Part shown: one piece after another, positions 50,494 through 63,310 of the stretch | Layout: each line of letters opens with the position of its first letter | Numbering within the stretch: position 1 is the first letter of the stretch | Made by a program: the position numbers and the translations under genes | From: Octopus sinensis | Lineage: Eukaryota | Direction: 5' to 3' | Length of the DNA stretch: 64,000 bases | NCBI RefSeq assembly: GCF_006345805.1 | Contig: NC_043006.1 | Coordinates: 54,560,001-54,624,000, forward strand | Notes under the pieces: generated by a model | Seen by the model: only the letters and a program-made list of their open reading frames with translations | Databases searched by the model: none | Told to the model about the DNA's origin: nothing

Positions 50494-50856
50494 TCTATTA
50501 TATAAAATCCTTTCTGTCTGTCTGTGTGTGTGTCTTCTAGGATCTTGGGCATCCTCCATCTGATTGCACTCAAATTTGATATGTAGATACCGACGGTATC
50601 AGGGCATGTATAAGTCTTGAAAAAATTTTAAAAATCGATTCCAGGTGAGAATGCGATCGATAAAGCCATGGAAACGTGCATTTGTACAGGCAAGTACATC
50701 AGCTGTTGTGATCAATACTACATGTACACGAGAAAATGCACCTGCAGTTTGCGCAAAAAAAGCTGTCTGGGACAGTCGGACAAGTTGTTTTGAGAAAATT
50801 TAGTTTAAATGTTTGACAACCCAGCACCGTCCATTGGACGGTGGGTGTTTTGCTCA
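50494..50856 (+). mobile_element. Non-autonomous Helitron with degenerate 3' CTAG
   Basis: A|TCTATTATATAAAATCC..(TCTG)n; 3' hairpin CACCGTCC-ATT-GGACGGTG followed by TGTTTTGCTCA. Confidence 0.7.
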
Positions 50857-51599
50857 TATATATATATATATATATATACATACAGAATTGTTAGTGAGGG
50901 ATTATCTATCTGGGTAAAATACTTTATAAACTCTGTTAGTATTGCTTAAATCAGTAAAGAACTTGGTGTATGCTTGTGGCAGGTTCTTAGGTTATAGGTC
51001 ATCACCATTCTATATTGCACATTTCTTTACTATAATAAAGAAATTTGCAATGACCATTATTTAACCCTTGTCTTATATATTTATATATAATCAATCTTTG
51101 ACCTTGTTGCATTAGGTAAAATACAAATATTGATTGAATTGAGTAATGGAATGAAATATGTAGCTTTCATACAATTTATGGTATTATTTTGAGTCAACTA
51201 TGTTACATTAGTCTTCTCTGATTGCCTCAGATCACATTAATGATACCAAGAAATGATTATCGAGATTATGAAACCTAGGGTAATTCAGAGCAGATCTTTA
51301 TGTTAACCTGCCTATAACTAAATGTCAAGGAGATGCATCTCATATCTGCCAAGCAAGACATTGGTGGATAAAGATGATACAAACACACACAGACACACAA
51401 ACATATGTTTGTGTGTATCTGTATGGTTAATTGTTAAGTCCATATTTGTGTTCCATACAATTAACCTCAATACAGAAATATGTGTGTGATGTGTATATGA
51501 ATTTATATACATATGTGTACAAGTGAATATATGCATATACACAAATACACATACACTGTCATTTTCATCATTGATCTACATGAGAGTTATAAACTATGG

Positions 51600-51960
51600 C
51601 TCACTCATTCAATGGTGAAAATCATAATATACCAGAGTAATCAACAGTATTTCCTTGTAGATTATCTCCAGTATTGGATTAATAAAGTTGGAATCAGAAT
51701 AGGAGATTGTCTTGTCTGATTACAACAATGAAACTCTGGAGTATATCATATTTGCCGACAAAGTCTCTTTCATAAGTAGCACAAGAAAAGCACATATGCT
51801 ATTATTGTCTCACATTTCTGGCTTTACATTCAGGTTTCAGAAGTATCTAAAACTCAAGTATAATGAACTGTACATAAACTTCTTGAAGGCCCATGTACAG
51901 CTCATTACTGTATATTATTTTTCTGCTTGAGATGACACACTCCTTTTGACTATAAGTATA
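51600..51960 (+). mobile_element. Old LINE RT remnant
   Basis: ORF 51712..51930 YIIFADKVSFISSTRKAHMLLL resembles the DLDFADDIALLS...AQ.LL (YADD box) region of RTE-type RTs. Confidence 0.45.
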
Positions 51961-53052
51961 TTACAACCAATTGGATGTTCAGCAGGTCAGAAATACATTT
52001 ACTGCTGTAGCTGTTTCTTTTTTTTTTATCCTTTTTGCATTAGATACATATCAGTTCTTATTTCTTTATTGCTCACAAGGGGCTACACACAGATGGGGAC
52101 AAACAAGGACAGACAAACGGATTAAGGCGATTATATCGACCCCAGTGCACAACTGGTACTTATTTAATCGACCCCGAAAGGATGAAAGGCAAAGTCAACC
52201 CTGGCGGAATTTGAACTCAGAACGTAGTGGCAGACAAAATATCACTAAACATTTCGTCCAGCGTGCTAACGTTTCTGCCAGCTCGCCACCTTCATACCAG
52301 TTCTGATTAGCTCCATTTATCTCACTTCTAAATAATGTGTTCCTCACTAAATGAAATTACTCTCCACATCATCCTCTTTCTAGGCTTTGCTCAGAAGAAA
52401 GCAAGTTGTCTTGTCAACAAGCCTTGCTTCATTGTTGTACACTGATGAATATATAGGTGAGAATTGTATTCTCACTAGATTATTAAAAATAACCATTTCT
52501 CGTTCTGTACAAACAATTTAGATAATTATTAACAAAAATTACTGAAGCATTTGCTCTAATTCCTTTCTACTCTAGGCACAAGCTTTCATTATGCAAAGTC
52601 TCCAGTCTCTGTTATCTACTCTGCTCCAACAAACTTAACATCATGTCCCCATTCAACATCTCCACTTTTAATGATCTACACTCATTTTCTCACTGGACTT
52701 TGAACCAAATATTACTTGCAGTCTTTAATTCAAGGGGCTTTATAACCTTATGATTAAATATTCATCCATAATTCTGTAAGTTCCATATCAACTTCTTCCA
52801 ACTCACTTATCGTTTGAGATTAACTTCATATGTTCATTGTTTAGACAAAACTTGAAATTTGTTGACATCAACTAACTATACAAGCAATGTTAAAACTGTC
52901 TTACAGCCTTCTACAGCAACAAGTAGTTGTGTCAATGAGATAGTCTTCACCCTCACAACCACCAAGTAAGCCATAATCCACATTTTCACACTGTAAGAAA
53001 CATTGTTATCATCACCATCACAATTGTCACCTTCAATATTTTATGTCTAAAA

Positions 53053-53270
53053 ATGAATGAAATGAGAAATATGAAAAGTTTCTAACAATGCAGAGAGTTT
53101 AAAAAAACCATTATATTTCTGGTGCAAAGACCCATCTTCAGAAGAATACAGTCAAGAACACACATTCATTTGACTGTATTCTTCTGAAGATGGGCTTTGT
53201 GCCCAAAATATAAAGGTTTTTAAAACTTGCTGTATTGTTAGAAGCTTTCCTTATTTCTCATTTCACTCAT
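53053..53270. repeat. 218-bp fold-back palindrome with hammerhead-like core in each arm (Penelope-like)
   Basis: Perfect 25-bp inner arms 53131-53155 and 53170-53194 around a 14-nt loop; imperfect pairing extends to about 100 bp per arm; CTGAAGA-T-GGGC-TTTGT-GCCC-AAAT at 53184-53208. Confidence 0.9.
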
Positions 53271-53580
53271 GTTTCTACTTCTATACTGCAATGCTTCAAG
53301 TGAGCTACAATGCTCATATTTTTATGGCTGCTTTTACCAAGTTGGTATGGATTGGATAAGATTTAGTTGAGGCCATATTTTATGAGTGTATATCTTTGCT
53401 GTCACCAATCCTTACTTGTTCTCAAGCAAGGTATTGGCCTTTTGTACAACAAACTATGCAGTGGCCGGATATGTAAAAATTGACACTGCCTAAATGGTGA
53501 CAGTGCCTTATACTTCAAATGTGTAAAAAATGTCAAGATATAGATGGGACCACAAATACATGCATGCACCTACACATACG

Positions 53581-53618
<38 letters not shown>

Positions 53619-56600
53619 ATATAATATATATATATATACATGCATGCATTCACACATGCATATAAAGCTACACATACACACGTGCCAAGCTTCCATGCTG
53701 CTTCTATCAATCAATTTCACTCACAAGGTATCTGTCAACTGAGGCTACAGTAGAAGACACTTGTCCCCAGAGCCATGCAGCGGGAAGGAATCCTAATCAC
53801 ACTATTGTATCCACATCTAAGAAATGTAATTCAAAATACAATATATTTCACCTCAATTTACATAATCATTACACGAAAAAATATTGGAAGTTAATACAAA
53901 TTTAACTGCTCATAATAGTATTGGCAAATATTATGATCAGTTCTAGACTGGCTCTACTAGAACAGACCTATGATCAAAGGCATTCCAGCTGCAACCATTC
54001 CATCTTTCATTCAATCATAATTCACCTAGGACCACATTGTCTCAAGATAATAGGATATGAATTGATGGAAATTTGGCAGTTATTTTTAACAGATTGAATG
54101 ACTGAATAAAGATTCTCTCATTGGCACATAATATCAATTTATAACAATAGTACAAGGTCTCAAATTTAGGGGATGGATATAGTTGATTAGACCACACCCA
54201 GTACTTGACTGGTACTTATTTTATTAACCTTGGCAAAGATAATCCTAGCAAGACAAATAAAAAAAAAATGGGATAAAATCTGTTTCAAGCCTATAGCTGG
54301 CTCATTAGGTTACTGAGAATATAAGGAATCCCCACTGAATGGGATGCTAGTCCATTGCAAGGTTAACTGCCAGCTGTTGCTGCTGGTACTCACTTGCAGT
54401 TGAGTGGACTAGAGCAACGTGAAATGAAGTGCCTTGCTTAAGGACAAAATTTGCTCCCAAATTTAGGTGCTGAATCTTATAATCAAAACTCAACACCCAA
54501 ACCACTAGGCATAAATAGTCACAAGTAAATACTGAAAAGCATTTTCTTTGACACTCAGCTGTTTCTGTCAGTCCACTGGCCTAGTTGGCACGAAATATTG
54601 GCAAATAAATAATTTTGGGTCATATATAAGTGATAACTGCATTATTACATGTATATAGGATCAGATTATTAAATAGGAATCTAATAATTCATAAATAAAA
54701 TTGGTTTCAGCCATTTCATATTCAATTTTCTGTACATGCAGGTTTGATGGGTTGAAAATTCACACAAAATGCTAAAGCATTTATTTTCAAATAAATGATT
54801 GATATTTGGTTGGGAGGAAATATTAAGTTCCCTGGCTCACCTGTTATTTTTTTATGATATCTGTGAACATAGCAGTTAAATCACCAATCTTTCCTGAGGT
54901 CATGAGATTTATGTAAGATTTTACATTATTAACAGATGTACTTCAAGACTTCAGAGGAAACAGCATTGACAGCAAAGATAAACCCAAGAAAATTTTTTAT
55001 GTGTTGTTATCATTTCCATGAATGTATATTTATATGTGAGGTTTGAGTAATACTAAAGGTATATGTACATTTTCATTCATTTCCTACTGCAATTAATAAA
55101 CAAAAGTATCACTAGTCACTGGCTTCTAACAGGTCAATCACTGGTGCACTGCATATCTGATGGTCAGAGTGACATGGGAACATCTGTAACTTATGACAAC
55201 AAAAATCGCAAAGGACCTTGTTTGAAAAGCACTATTTTTCCAGTGTTCTCATTCATGTTTACATCCTTTGCAAATATATACTGTTGAAAGGTACACACAC
55301 ACACACACATAAATATATATCAAGGTCTTCTGCACAGCTTCTGTTTACCAAATTCCATTCACAAGGCTTTGGTCAATCCAAGATTAAGGTAGAAAACACT
55401 TGCGCAAGTCACCACACAGTTGGCCCGAACCAAGAACTACTTCGTTACAAAATATAATTCTTAACCATACAACCATAAATGCACTTTTCAGGGGAGTTTT
55501 GTTAGAAATTCCACCAATCTGCCAACTTGCTTTAAATACAACACCTCTATGTACCAGCTTCTCTAGCTTCAATGTGTGAAGTAGAGTAATAAGTAACATA
55601 TATTTCATTTAGGTTTGCTAAAGCAAGTAGCCCAGTGTGTGTTGTCCAATGCCACAGTGCAAAATATGGTGCTAGCATTTGAACTTATTAATGCTTTAGG
55701 TGACAAACCTAACTCAATCTTTGCAACTCAGTCACAGCATCATTGATGAGTGTCTTTGGTTTGTATGCTTCAACAGTTCTACTTGCTTTATATAATATAC
55801 TTAGAACAGTTAAATTATTACTGTGACATATATCAGAAATAGACATATGACTAGTGTATAGAATTAATATATATTAAATCTATCCAATAAGAAAACTCAA
55901 TTAACGATTCAGGTTATGATTACTTGAAGTGTATGTATGCATATATGTGTATACATCACTTTATGGATAAGTGAAGTAATAGACAGTAACTATGATATAA
56001 ATATTGGAACGATATACTATATTATAAAATGCTCTCAGAGATTACAGTTCTGTTTGTCATCAACATTAAATATACATTTTTCATATGGAAATGTTTACTA
56101 TATAGTTTACTTAAATCTGTGGAATTATAGCCTTTCTGTCATAGACACGTAGAGGTAGCAAGTTTAGCTAACAACCAAATAACACAAAAGTTACAGCAGG
56201 ATTTTTTAAACTTTATCAAAAAAGTCTGAGAAACCCCACCTCCAAAATGCTGCTCTCTCTTAACCATTATCTGATTGACAAATAACTTCAATTTAGTTTA
56301 ATCAAATAACAGAACTTGGGCCAAACAGCTACTGATTATGGAGAGCCTCAGGAACTAAGAAAGCTATGAACAATTTCCTTCCTTCTTAAATTAAAAAAGT
56401 TATAAATTAAATAAATACATAAATAATATAAATTATGTGTCATCAGAAATCATAAATGTAACAATGTTTATATCTATCAAGCATATTTTGGTCAATTCAA
56501 GTCACACTATTTTCTTAAGTTTAATCTATACTGGATCTGAATTTACCCAGAATTTACATTACAATAACAAAATCTTTCAAAGAATTCTTCAAAATTCTTT

Positions 56601-57366
56601 AACAAACACTTAAATCTTAAATAACAGAGATATATTTTTCAAACCGAGACTAATGGTATTGCTACTTCTTTTACCATGATTCGCAGTTAAAAATGGAGAA
56701 CAATATTTCAACAATAAAAATTTCAAAAGTCTTGTGAGAAGAAAATATTCTAGAACAGTGTTTTAAAATATAATATACATTTCTCCCAAAAGGTGGTGTA
56801 ATGAATAACACACACTTAGTAAAGTACTACGTAACAAAGAGGTGACAAGAGGTACTAAATGATACTGAGGTAATAGCATAGTATACAGGTAATATATGAG
56901 AAGCAACCCCTGCCATCACCACCAATAGAAGTACCATTGGTTACTCAGTGGTACATAAGAAAAATACTATACCATCAAATTTCAAATTTCAGAAACTGGT
57001 GAAATTTCCAAGTATCTGTGGGAAAACAAGGGAGATTACAAAGTGACAGATTTTGAATATTTCTATTGCAATGGTGACTCACTAAAAAACTCTATGAATT
57101 CATGAATTATGAAACTGAATTTTATGATGTTTCGATTTGGCCACAACCAAATAGCTGGAACTAACAAGAACATAAGAATAATATTGTCTCCCACAGTGTT
57201 GTGCAATTTGTTATTCTGTTTAACAGAGAAGAGATGTAAGGAATGATTTAAAGAGCAAAGTGAATTTTGGCTAAACTATTTTTGGAACCACTGTTTTAGA
57301 ACATTGGGAATTGGTGGGGTGGGTGTTAAAAATTATTAGATTCATACAAAATATATTTGAATAAAA

Positions 57367-57515
57367 TTAATTATGACATTCATGTTCACATGATTTTTCA
57401 TTGAAAAGCATGGTACCCTTTTCTTCTAAAAATTTTCTGATCTCTTCTCGAAATTTGTCTATATCGATTTCTGGAAAGAAGAATTGAATTTCCTTATTTG
57501 CTGTTTCTTCAGAAT
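57367..57515 (-). CDS. NME6: Nucleoside diphosphate kinase 6, last coding exon (DSEETANKEIQFFFPE...CEHECHN*)
   Basis: Acceptor TTTTCTCTCTTCCTTTCTCTAATTCAG|; phase 1 completes the D of HGSD; matches the NME6 SDS..SA.REI..FFP pattern; TAA at 57367-57369. Confidence 0.92.
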
Positions 57516-58488
57516 CTGAATTAGAGAAAGGAAGAGAGAAAACAAAAAAATCTTTCAGCTTTTGAAACAATATAAGTATCATAAAAATGTACATATAAGT
57601 TTTAATTCTTACACTGGTTTCAGTCACTGGACTCAGACCATACTGGAATGGTTTTGCTGATTATATCAACCAAAGTATTGGTTTCTACTTTTGGTACACA
57701 GTCAGGAATTACAGGGAAGAGTAAAGTCGATTACATTGAACACAGTATGCAAAGTTGACCTCAGTGGAATTTGAATTCAGAATGTAAAGATGAACAAAAT
57801 TCTGTTAAGCATTTTGCCTGGTGTGCTAATAATTCTGCCAGCTTGCTACCTTAAACACAACTAAATATCACAAACTGCTTTGTTTGATGTTGTGTGGTAT
57901 GATTTTTTAAAAAAGCCACCACAATGCAAGCTTGAAATAAAGTGTAAATTTGGTAGATCTTACAACAGCACCATTGGTAGGGTGTACATCTGCATTAAAG
58001 AGCATATTCACAGAAACACCTCCATTGGCAAAATATATCACAAGATATGTCAAAAGATCACAGTTATTAAAGCCACAGAACAAAATATAGGAAATTTGAG
58101 GATTAGAAAAGCTATCCTAATTAATAAAAATTAATCCGACTATTAACAGTGATGATCTAATATACACTGACAGGTTGATTTAGAACAGATAGCCAACATA
58201 TGGTACAGCTCTGCCAGAAATTTAGCATTTGTAAAAGTAACTGATTAGTTAATAATTTTAATCTGGACCTGTGTTTGTGTGTATATATATATATACATAC
58301 ATATATATGCATTTATACATACGTATATGTACATACATCTACACGCACACATACACACACACACACACACATGCATATGTGGGCACGTGACGTCACGAAA
58401 GGTGTACAAAAAAAATACAAGGCACGAGTACGTGGAACATGAACTATTCTTTTGAAGAACGAAAGACACAAATGGAAAACACACTCAT

Positions 58489-58546
<58 letters not shown>

Positions 58547-59087
58547 TGGTGTGTTTATGTCCCCTTAACTTAGCGGCTCAGCAAAACAGACCGATAGAAT
58601 AAGAAAGAGACTTATAAAGTACAAGTCCTAGGGTCAATTTGCTTGAGTAATGGTGGTGCTCCAGCATGGCCGCAGTTATATGACTGAAACAAATAAAAAA
58701 AATAGAACAAAAGAATATATATATATGTATACACACAAATATATATCACATGATTATGTGACTGACTACATTATCAGATGTTGTTACACATCACTGGTCA
58801 CAATGTATTTTGCATCATTTTAGTCATTGAACGATGCGACCCCACTGGCTAGGCAAGCAAGTCAACATTACACCTGGTTGAAAGGGGGACTGGAGCAATG
58901 AGAAAGGAAGTGTTTTGCTCAATGCGCAGCCCAGTCTGGGAACTGAACCCACAATCGAGGGATTATGAGTAGAACAGCCTAACCACCAAGCCATATGCCT
59001 TCTCTCTCTCTCTCACACACACGCATCTATAAGTGTAAGTTTATATTCTTTGTCTTCTTAAGGTTCTTAAGGTACTATTTAATTTTG

Positions 59088-59491
59088 GGTGGAGGCGCAA
59101 TGGCCCAGTGGTTAGGGCAGCGGACTCGCGGTCGTAGGATCGCGGTTTTGATTCCTAGACCGGGCATTGTAAGTGTTTATTGAGCGAAAACACCTAAAGC
59201 TCCACGAGGCTCCGGCAGGGGATGGTGGTGATCCCTGCTGTACTCTTTCACCACAACTTTCTCTCACTCTTACTTCCTGTTTCTGTTGTACCTGTATTTC
59301 AAAGGGCCAGCCTTGTCACTCTCTGTGTCACGCTGAATATCCCCGAGAACTACGTTAAGGGTACACATGTCTGTGGAGTGCTCAGCCACTTACACGTTAA
59401 TTTCACGAGCAGGCTGTTCCGTTGATCGGATCAACCGGAACCCTCGTCGTCGTAACCGACGGAGTGCTTCTAAAAAAAAAAATTTAAAAAA
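59088..59491 (+). mobile_element. Young full-length tRNA-head SINE (family D) with 11-bp TSD
   Basis: A box TGGCCCAGTGG, B-box-like GGTTTTGATTCC, CpG-rich body, A-rich tail; TSD ATTTAATTTTG at 59077-59087 and 59492-59502. Confidence 0.9.
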
Positions 59492-59700
59492 ATTTAATTT
59501 TGAGAACTAGTTTCAGCACTAAATCTAGTCCAACACATTACATGATGCTTGTATGCTTGTTTTATTAACTTTGGCTGGGGTTAAAGAGAATGTAAACACT
59601 ACTGGAGTTTGAATTCAGCTCATTGAGGTCAGTACCTCACTTATTCAACAGTTATCAGTGAAATAGAGAGAAAAATTTCAAAAAACTAAGGAAGATATAC

Positions 59701-59777
59701 CTGAACCATGAGCACAATTCCTTGTATCTGTCAGTCCAAAACGCCCACGTATAGAAGTGGGTTCTTCAAAAACTGTC
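59701..59777 (-). CDS. NME6: Nucleoside diphosphate kinase 6, internal exon (RTVFEEPTSIRGRFGLTDTRNCAHGS)
   Basis: 77 nt, TTTTTAG| acceptor and |GTATAT donor; contains IRG..G.T.TRN..HGS with the catalytic His; phases 2 and 1 fit both neighbouring exons. Confidence 0.95.
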
Positions 59778-61839
59778 CTAAAAACAGAATTAATTGAAAA
59801 TAACATCAAATAATGTAAATGGATAATAATTTTTAATATAAGTACATAACTACTAATAGAGAGGGGAGGACACTTTATAAATTAAACCCATTTCTTAAGT
59901 AGTACCATATATGCCGGCATTTAAAACACATTTTTATTTTTAAATGTAACAAAAAATTGCTATGCACCTAATATGACATATTACAGATAGGATAGGGAAT
60001 ACATGAGAGTATGATGAAACATATTAAATTTGTTTTTTACCACAAAATATACTTGCAAATAGAAGTGCGTTTTAAGCGAGAATAAGTCTTACATAGCAGC
60101 AAATATATCTATCAACAAAATGCAATGTAGACTCTAGTGAGATTTGAACTTGGACATAAAAAGAATGTAACTAAATGTTGCAAGGTATTGTCTGAGAAGG
60201 TACTGATTCTACTGGGCTCTACTCAGAATATTAAAACAAATTAATAAGGTAAAATATAACCATTGTCAACATTTTATATCAATTTCATCATGTCAGCATG
60301 GATGATGTAATTCCAAGAATTTAATGAAAACTATTCTAATGATGTAGATTACTGATAACCTTTTCTACTATTGATACAAGGCCTGAAATTTTGGGGAAGA
60401 GGGCTTGTTGATTACATTGGCTCCAGTGTTCAACCCTGAAAGGCTGAAAGGCTGAAAGGCAAAGTAGACCTTGGTAGAATTTGAAGTCAGAATGTAAAGA
60501 CTGATGAAATGCCACTAAGTATCTTGTTCAACATGCTAATGATTCTGCCAGCTTACTGCCTTGACAAATATCTGTTCAGTCTTTATGTGACTATGACAAT
60601 ACACAGTTGTGGTAAGGTACAAGAAGACATGTCTTTTTCTTTTCCTATCCATTGGGAAGGTAACCAGTGACAATGTAATTACATCAAGGGGGTATCAAAA
60701 TATATTCACACACAAAAGAATGTATAGCTAGACTGATGAAGATTACTTGCTAATATTTCTACAAAAGAAGGCGCTAAGCTGGTAGAATCATTAGCACGCA
60801 TGGCAAAATGTTTAGCGACATTTCATCCATCTTTATGCTCTGATGCTCAAATTCTGCTGTGGTTGACTTTGCCTTTCATCCTTTTGGGGTTGATAAAATA
60901 TGTATCAGTTGAACGCTGGGGTTCAATGTAATCAACTTACACCCTCCACCAAACTTACTGGCCTTGTGCCAAAATTTGAAACCAATATTTCTTCAAAATG
61001 TATGACTTCTACAAAATCTTATTTATTCTAACCTATATATGCTTTAATTCATTGTCAGAAATCACTTATACTGTGTCCCCTCTCCACTGGCAGTAATGAA
61101 GGGACTACCTCCACACATAGATCTATTTATTTAATATATATTTAATCCATTGCTCTGTTAAGCACCAACACCAATGAGTGCTTTTAGCAGCACTTGGACT
61201 AGTTCTTTAATTTGAGGATAAATAAACTCAGTATCTGAATGAATTGTTGCCTACTGCAACAACCCATGGCCTGTTGTTTTCTCTCTCACCCCACAACAGT
61301 CTTGGAAACCTCACAAAATATCATGGATGCTGCTCTTCTTCCTCTGACTAATCTATAGAAAATATTAAAAAAAGAAAGTTCAAGAATAAGATATCATTGT
61401 AATCATCATCATTATCAGCAGCATTTAACATCCATGTTTCATGCTGACATGGGTTGAATAGTTTGACAGGATTTGATGTGGCCAATGACTGCATCATGCT
61501 CCAATGTCTGTTTTGGCTCAGTTTCTATGGTTGGATGCCCTTCCTGATGTCAACCACTTTACAGCATGGATTGGATACATTTTGCTAGTCACCTACATCA
61601 TTGAGGTGACCATGCTGCCCATAGAATTACAAACCTTGGTGGGAGGTCAGCTTCATGCTAGGGAACAAAAGGAGTGGGGAGGGGGAGTAACAAAGATGAT
61701 ACACAGTCAGGTAGTCTGCAGGAGTGTGGGTGGCGGGTGGGTAGAAAAGGCAAGATTAATGCAGGAGAGAAAGTGGTGGATGAGTCACTGTAACATAGGT
61801 GGTGAGCACAATACATAGCACTTCCAGAACTCAGCTTTG

Positions 61840-62450
61840 CTGATGAATGTGGGGCTTTTTGAGAATCTCATATTGCCAGAGATCCTGGTCCCTTGCCATC
61901 TCCTTTGTCAGGCTCAGGATTCTGAGGTCAGCCTTAACCACTTCAATCCATGTTTTCTTGGTTCACCCCTCTTCCAAAACTTCTAGTGACATTTAGCAAT
62001 CAGCACTTCTTTATACAGTTCTCAATTCATTCATATCATGCGTTCATAACAGCAAAGTCTTCTTTCTTGCACACATCTGATTCTTGTTATGCTCAGTTTT
62101 TCACTCAGTACCTTTGTACTAACTCTTTTACTCACACTCACACTGCACATCCAACGAAGCATACTCACTTCATTTCTTTCCAGTCTTCTCAAGTCCTCTG
62201 CATTCAAGACCTACGTCTCACTGCCATGTAGCATTGCAGTTCTAATGCAAGCATCATACTATTAGGGAAAGGATCTTCATTATCAGCAGTGGTAATAGTT
62301 TGCTGAACTTCCTCCAACCAGTTCTCACTCTAGCTACTAGACTTTCAGAGCAACCACCTTCTTTGCTAATTACATATTCTAGATAACAAAAGCTATCAAC
62401 TACTTTCAGTGAGCTCAAGTTTCGGTGTGCTTGTATGAAGTGTTCCAATG
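61840..62450 (-). mobile_element. Old RTE LINE C-terminal fragment
   Basis: ORF 62254..62448 (VVDSFCYLEYVISKEGGCSESLVARVRTGWRKF) matches 34435..35061. Confidence 0.75.
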
Positions 62451-62529
62451 CATCTAGATAAATATTAGGAATATATACGATAAAAAATTCAGGAGTATAT
62501 TTTGCTAAGTAACAGGATATAGAACATAC

Positions 62530-62613
62530 CTGAGTACCTTGGTGGGACCAAGGAGTTTCCTCCAGGTATTAATTGCATCCTCACGAGCAAGAACATGAAC
62601 ACCAATTGGGCCA
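62530..62613 (-). CDS. NME6: Nucleoside diphosphate kinase 6, internal exon (GPIGVHVLAREDAINTWRKLLGPTKVL)
   Basis: 84 nt, TTTTCTTCTTTCTTTTCGTTCAG| acceptor and |GTATGT donor; resembles human NME6 GPIRAYILAHKDAIQLWRTLMGPTRVF. Upstream exons were not found and presumably lie beyond 64000. Confidence 0.95.
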
Positions 62614-63203
62614 CTGAACGAAAAGAAAGAAGAAAATGTTTATCCTTTAAAATGGAATACTATAATCAAAATCTACAGGTACACATGAATTAATAATTGT
62701 AAGAAAATTTTTTAGATTCATGACTGAAAAAAGAGCATAAGCACTGCTGCTGATGGTGATGATGATGATACCAATGATGATAACAATGATGATGATGACG
62801 ATGACAATGTATGATATTTTATCAGTAACTTTGCAGATTCTGCTATCAACTACCTTTGGAAGTAATAATTGTTTTCAACAGAGGCATAATACAAGAAATT
62901 TGAGGGGAGGGGGTTAGTTGATTAAAGTGACCCGGTACTTGAATGATACTTTATTATATTGACATCAAAGGGATGAAAGGCAAAATTGACCTTATCAGGA
63001 TTTGAAACGTGGTATTTAGATTTTGCTAAATACTCTTTCCCACAGATATTTATAAGTTATATATTTCCTGCTGTATCTTTTAGCTTTTACTTGTTTCGGT
63101 CATTTGACTGTGGCCATGCTGGGGCACTGCCTTAAGGAATTTTAGTCAAATAAATCAATCCCAGTTCATGTTCTTTTTTTTTTTTTAAGCTTGGTACTTA
63201 GAA

Positions 63204-63310
63204 GTGGCTGTGCGGTAAGAAGCTTGCTTACCAACCACATGCTTCTGGGTTCAGTCCCACTGGACTCAGGACCATGTGGTTGTGAAGCAAACTTCTTACC
63301 ACATAGCTAT
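63204..63310. repeat. Fold-back inverted duplication of a family A SINE head
   Basis: GTGGCTGTGCGGTAAGAAGCTTGCTTACCAACCACATG... is followed directly by its reverse complement ...CATGTGGTTGTGAAGCAAACTTCTTACCACATAGCTAT. Confidence 0.85.

Noticed and set aside
52900-53040. SWIM-like Cys motif on - (EDYLIDTTTCCCRRL)
   Set aside because: Short, ends in a stop and lacks the downstream CxH; too little to call.
55613-55745. Possible + strand terminal exon (GLLKQVAQCVLSNATVQ...QHH*)
   Set aside because: Reasonable acceptor, but no homology recognised and no linked upstream exon.
59088-59165. tRNA gene
   Set aside because: A and B boxes are present, but it continues into a 400-bp SINE body with A tail and TSD and lacks a closed acceptor stem.
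60223-60291. C/D box snoRNA on - in an NME6 intron (ATGATGA ... CTGA)
   Set aside because: Very AT-rich interior, poor terminal stem and no rRNA-like guide sequence.
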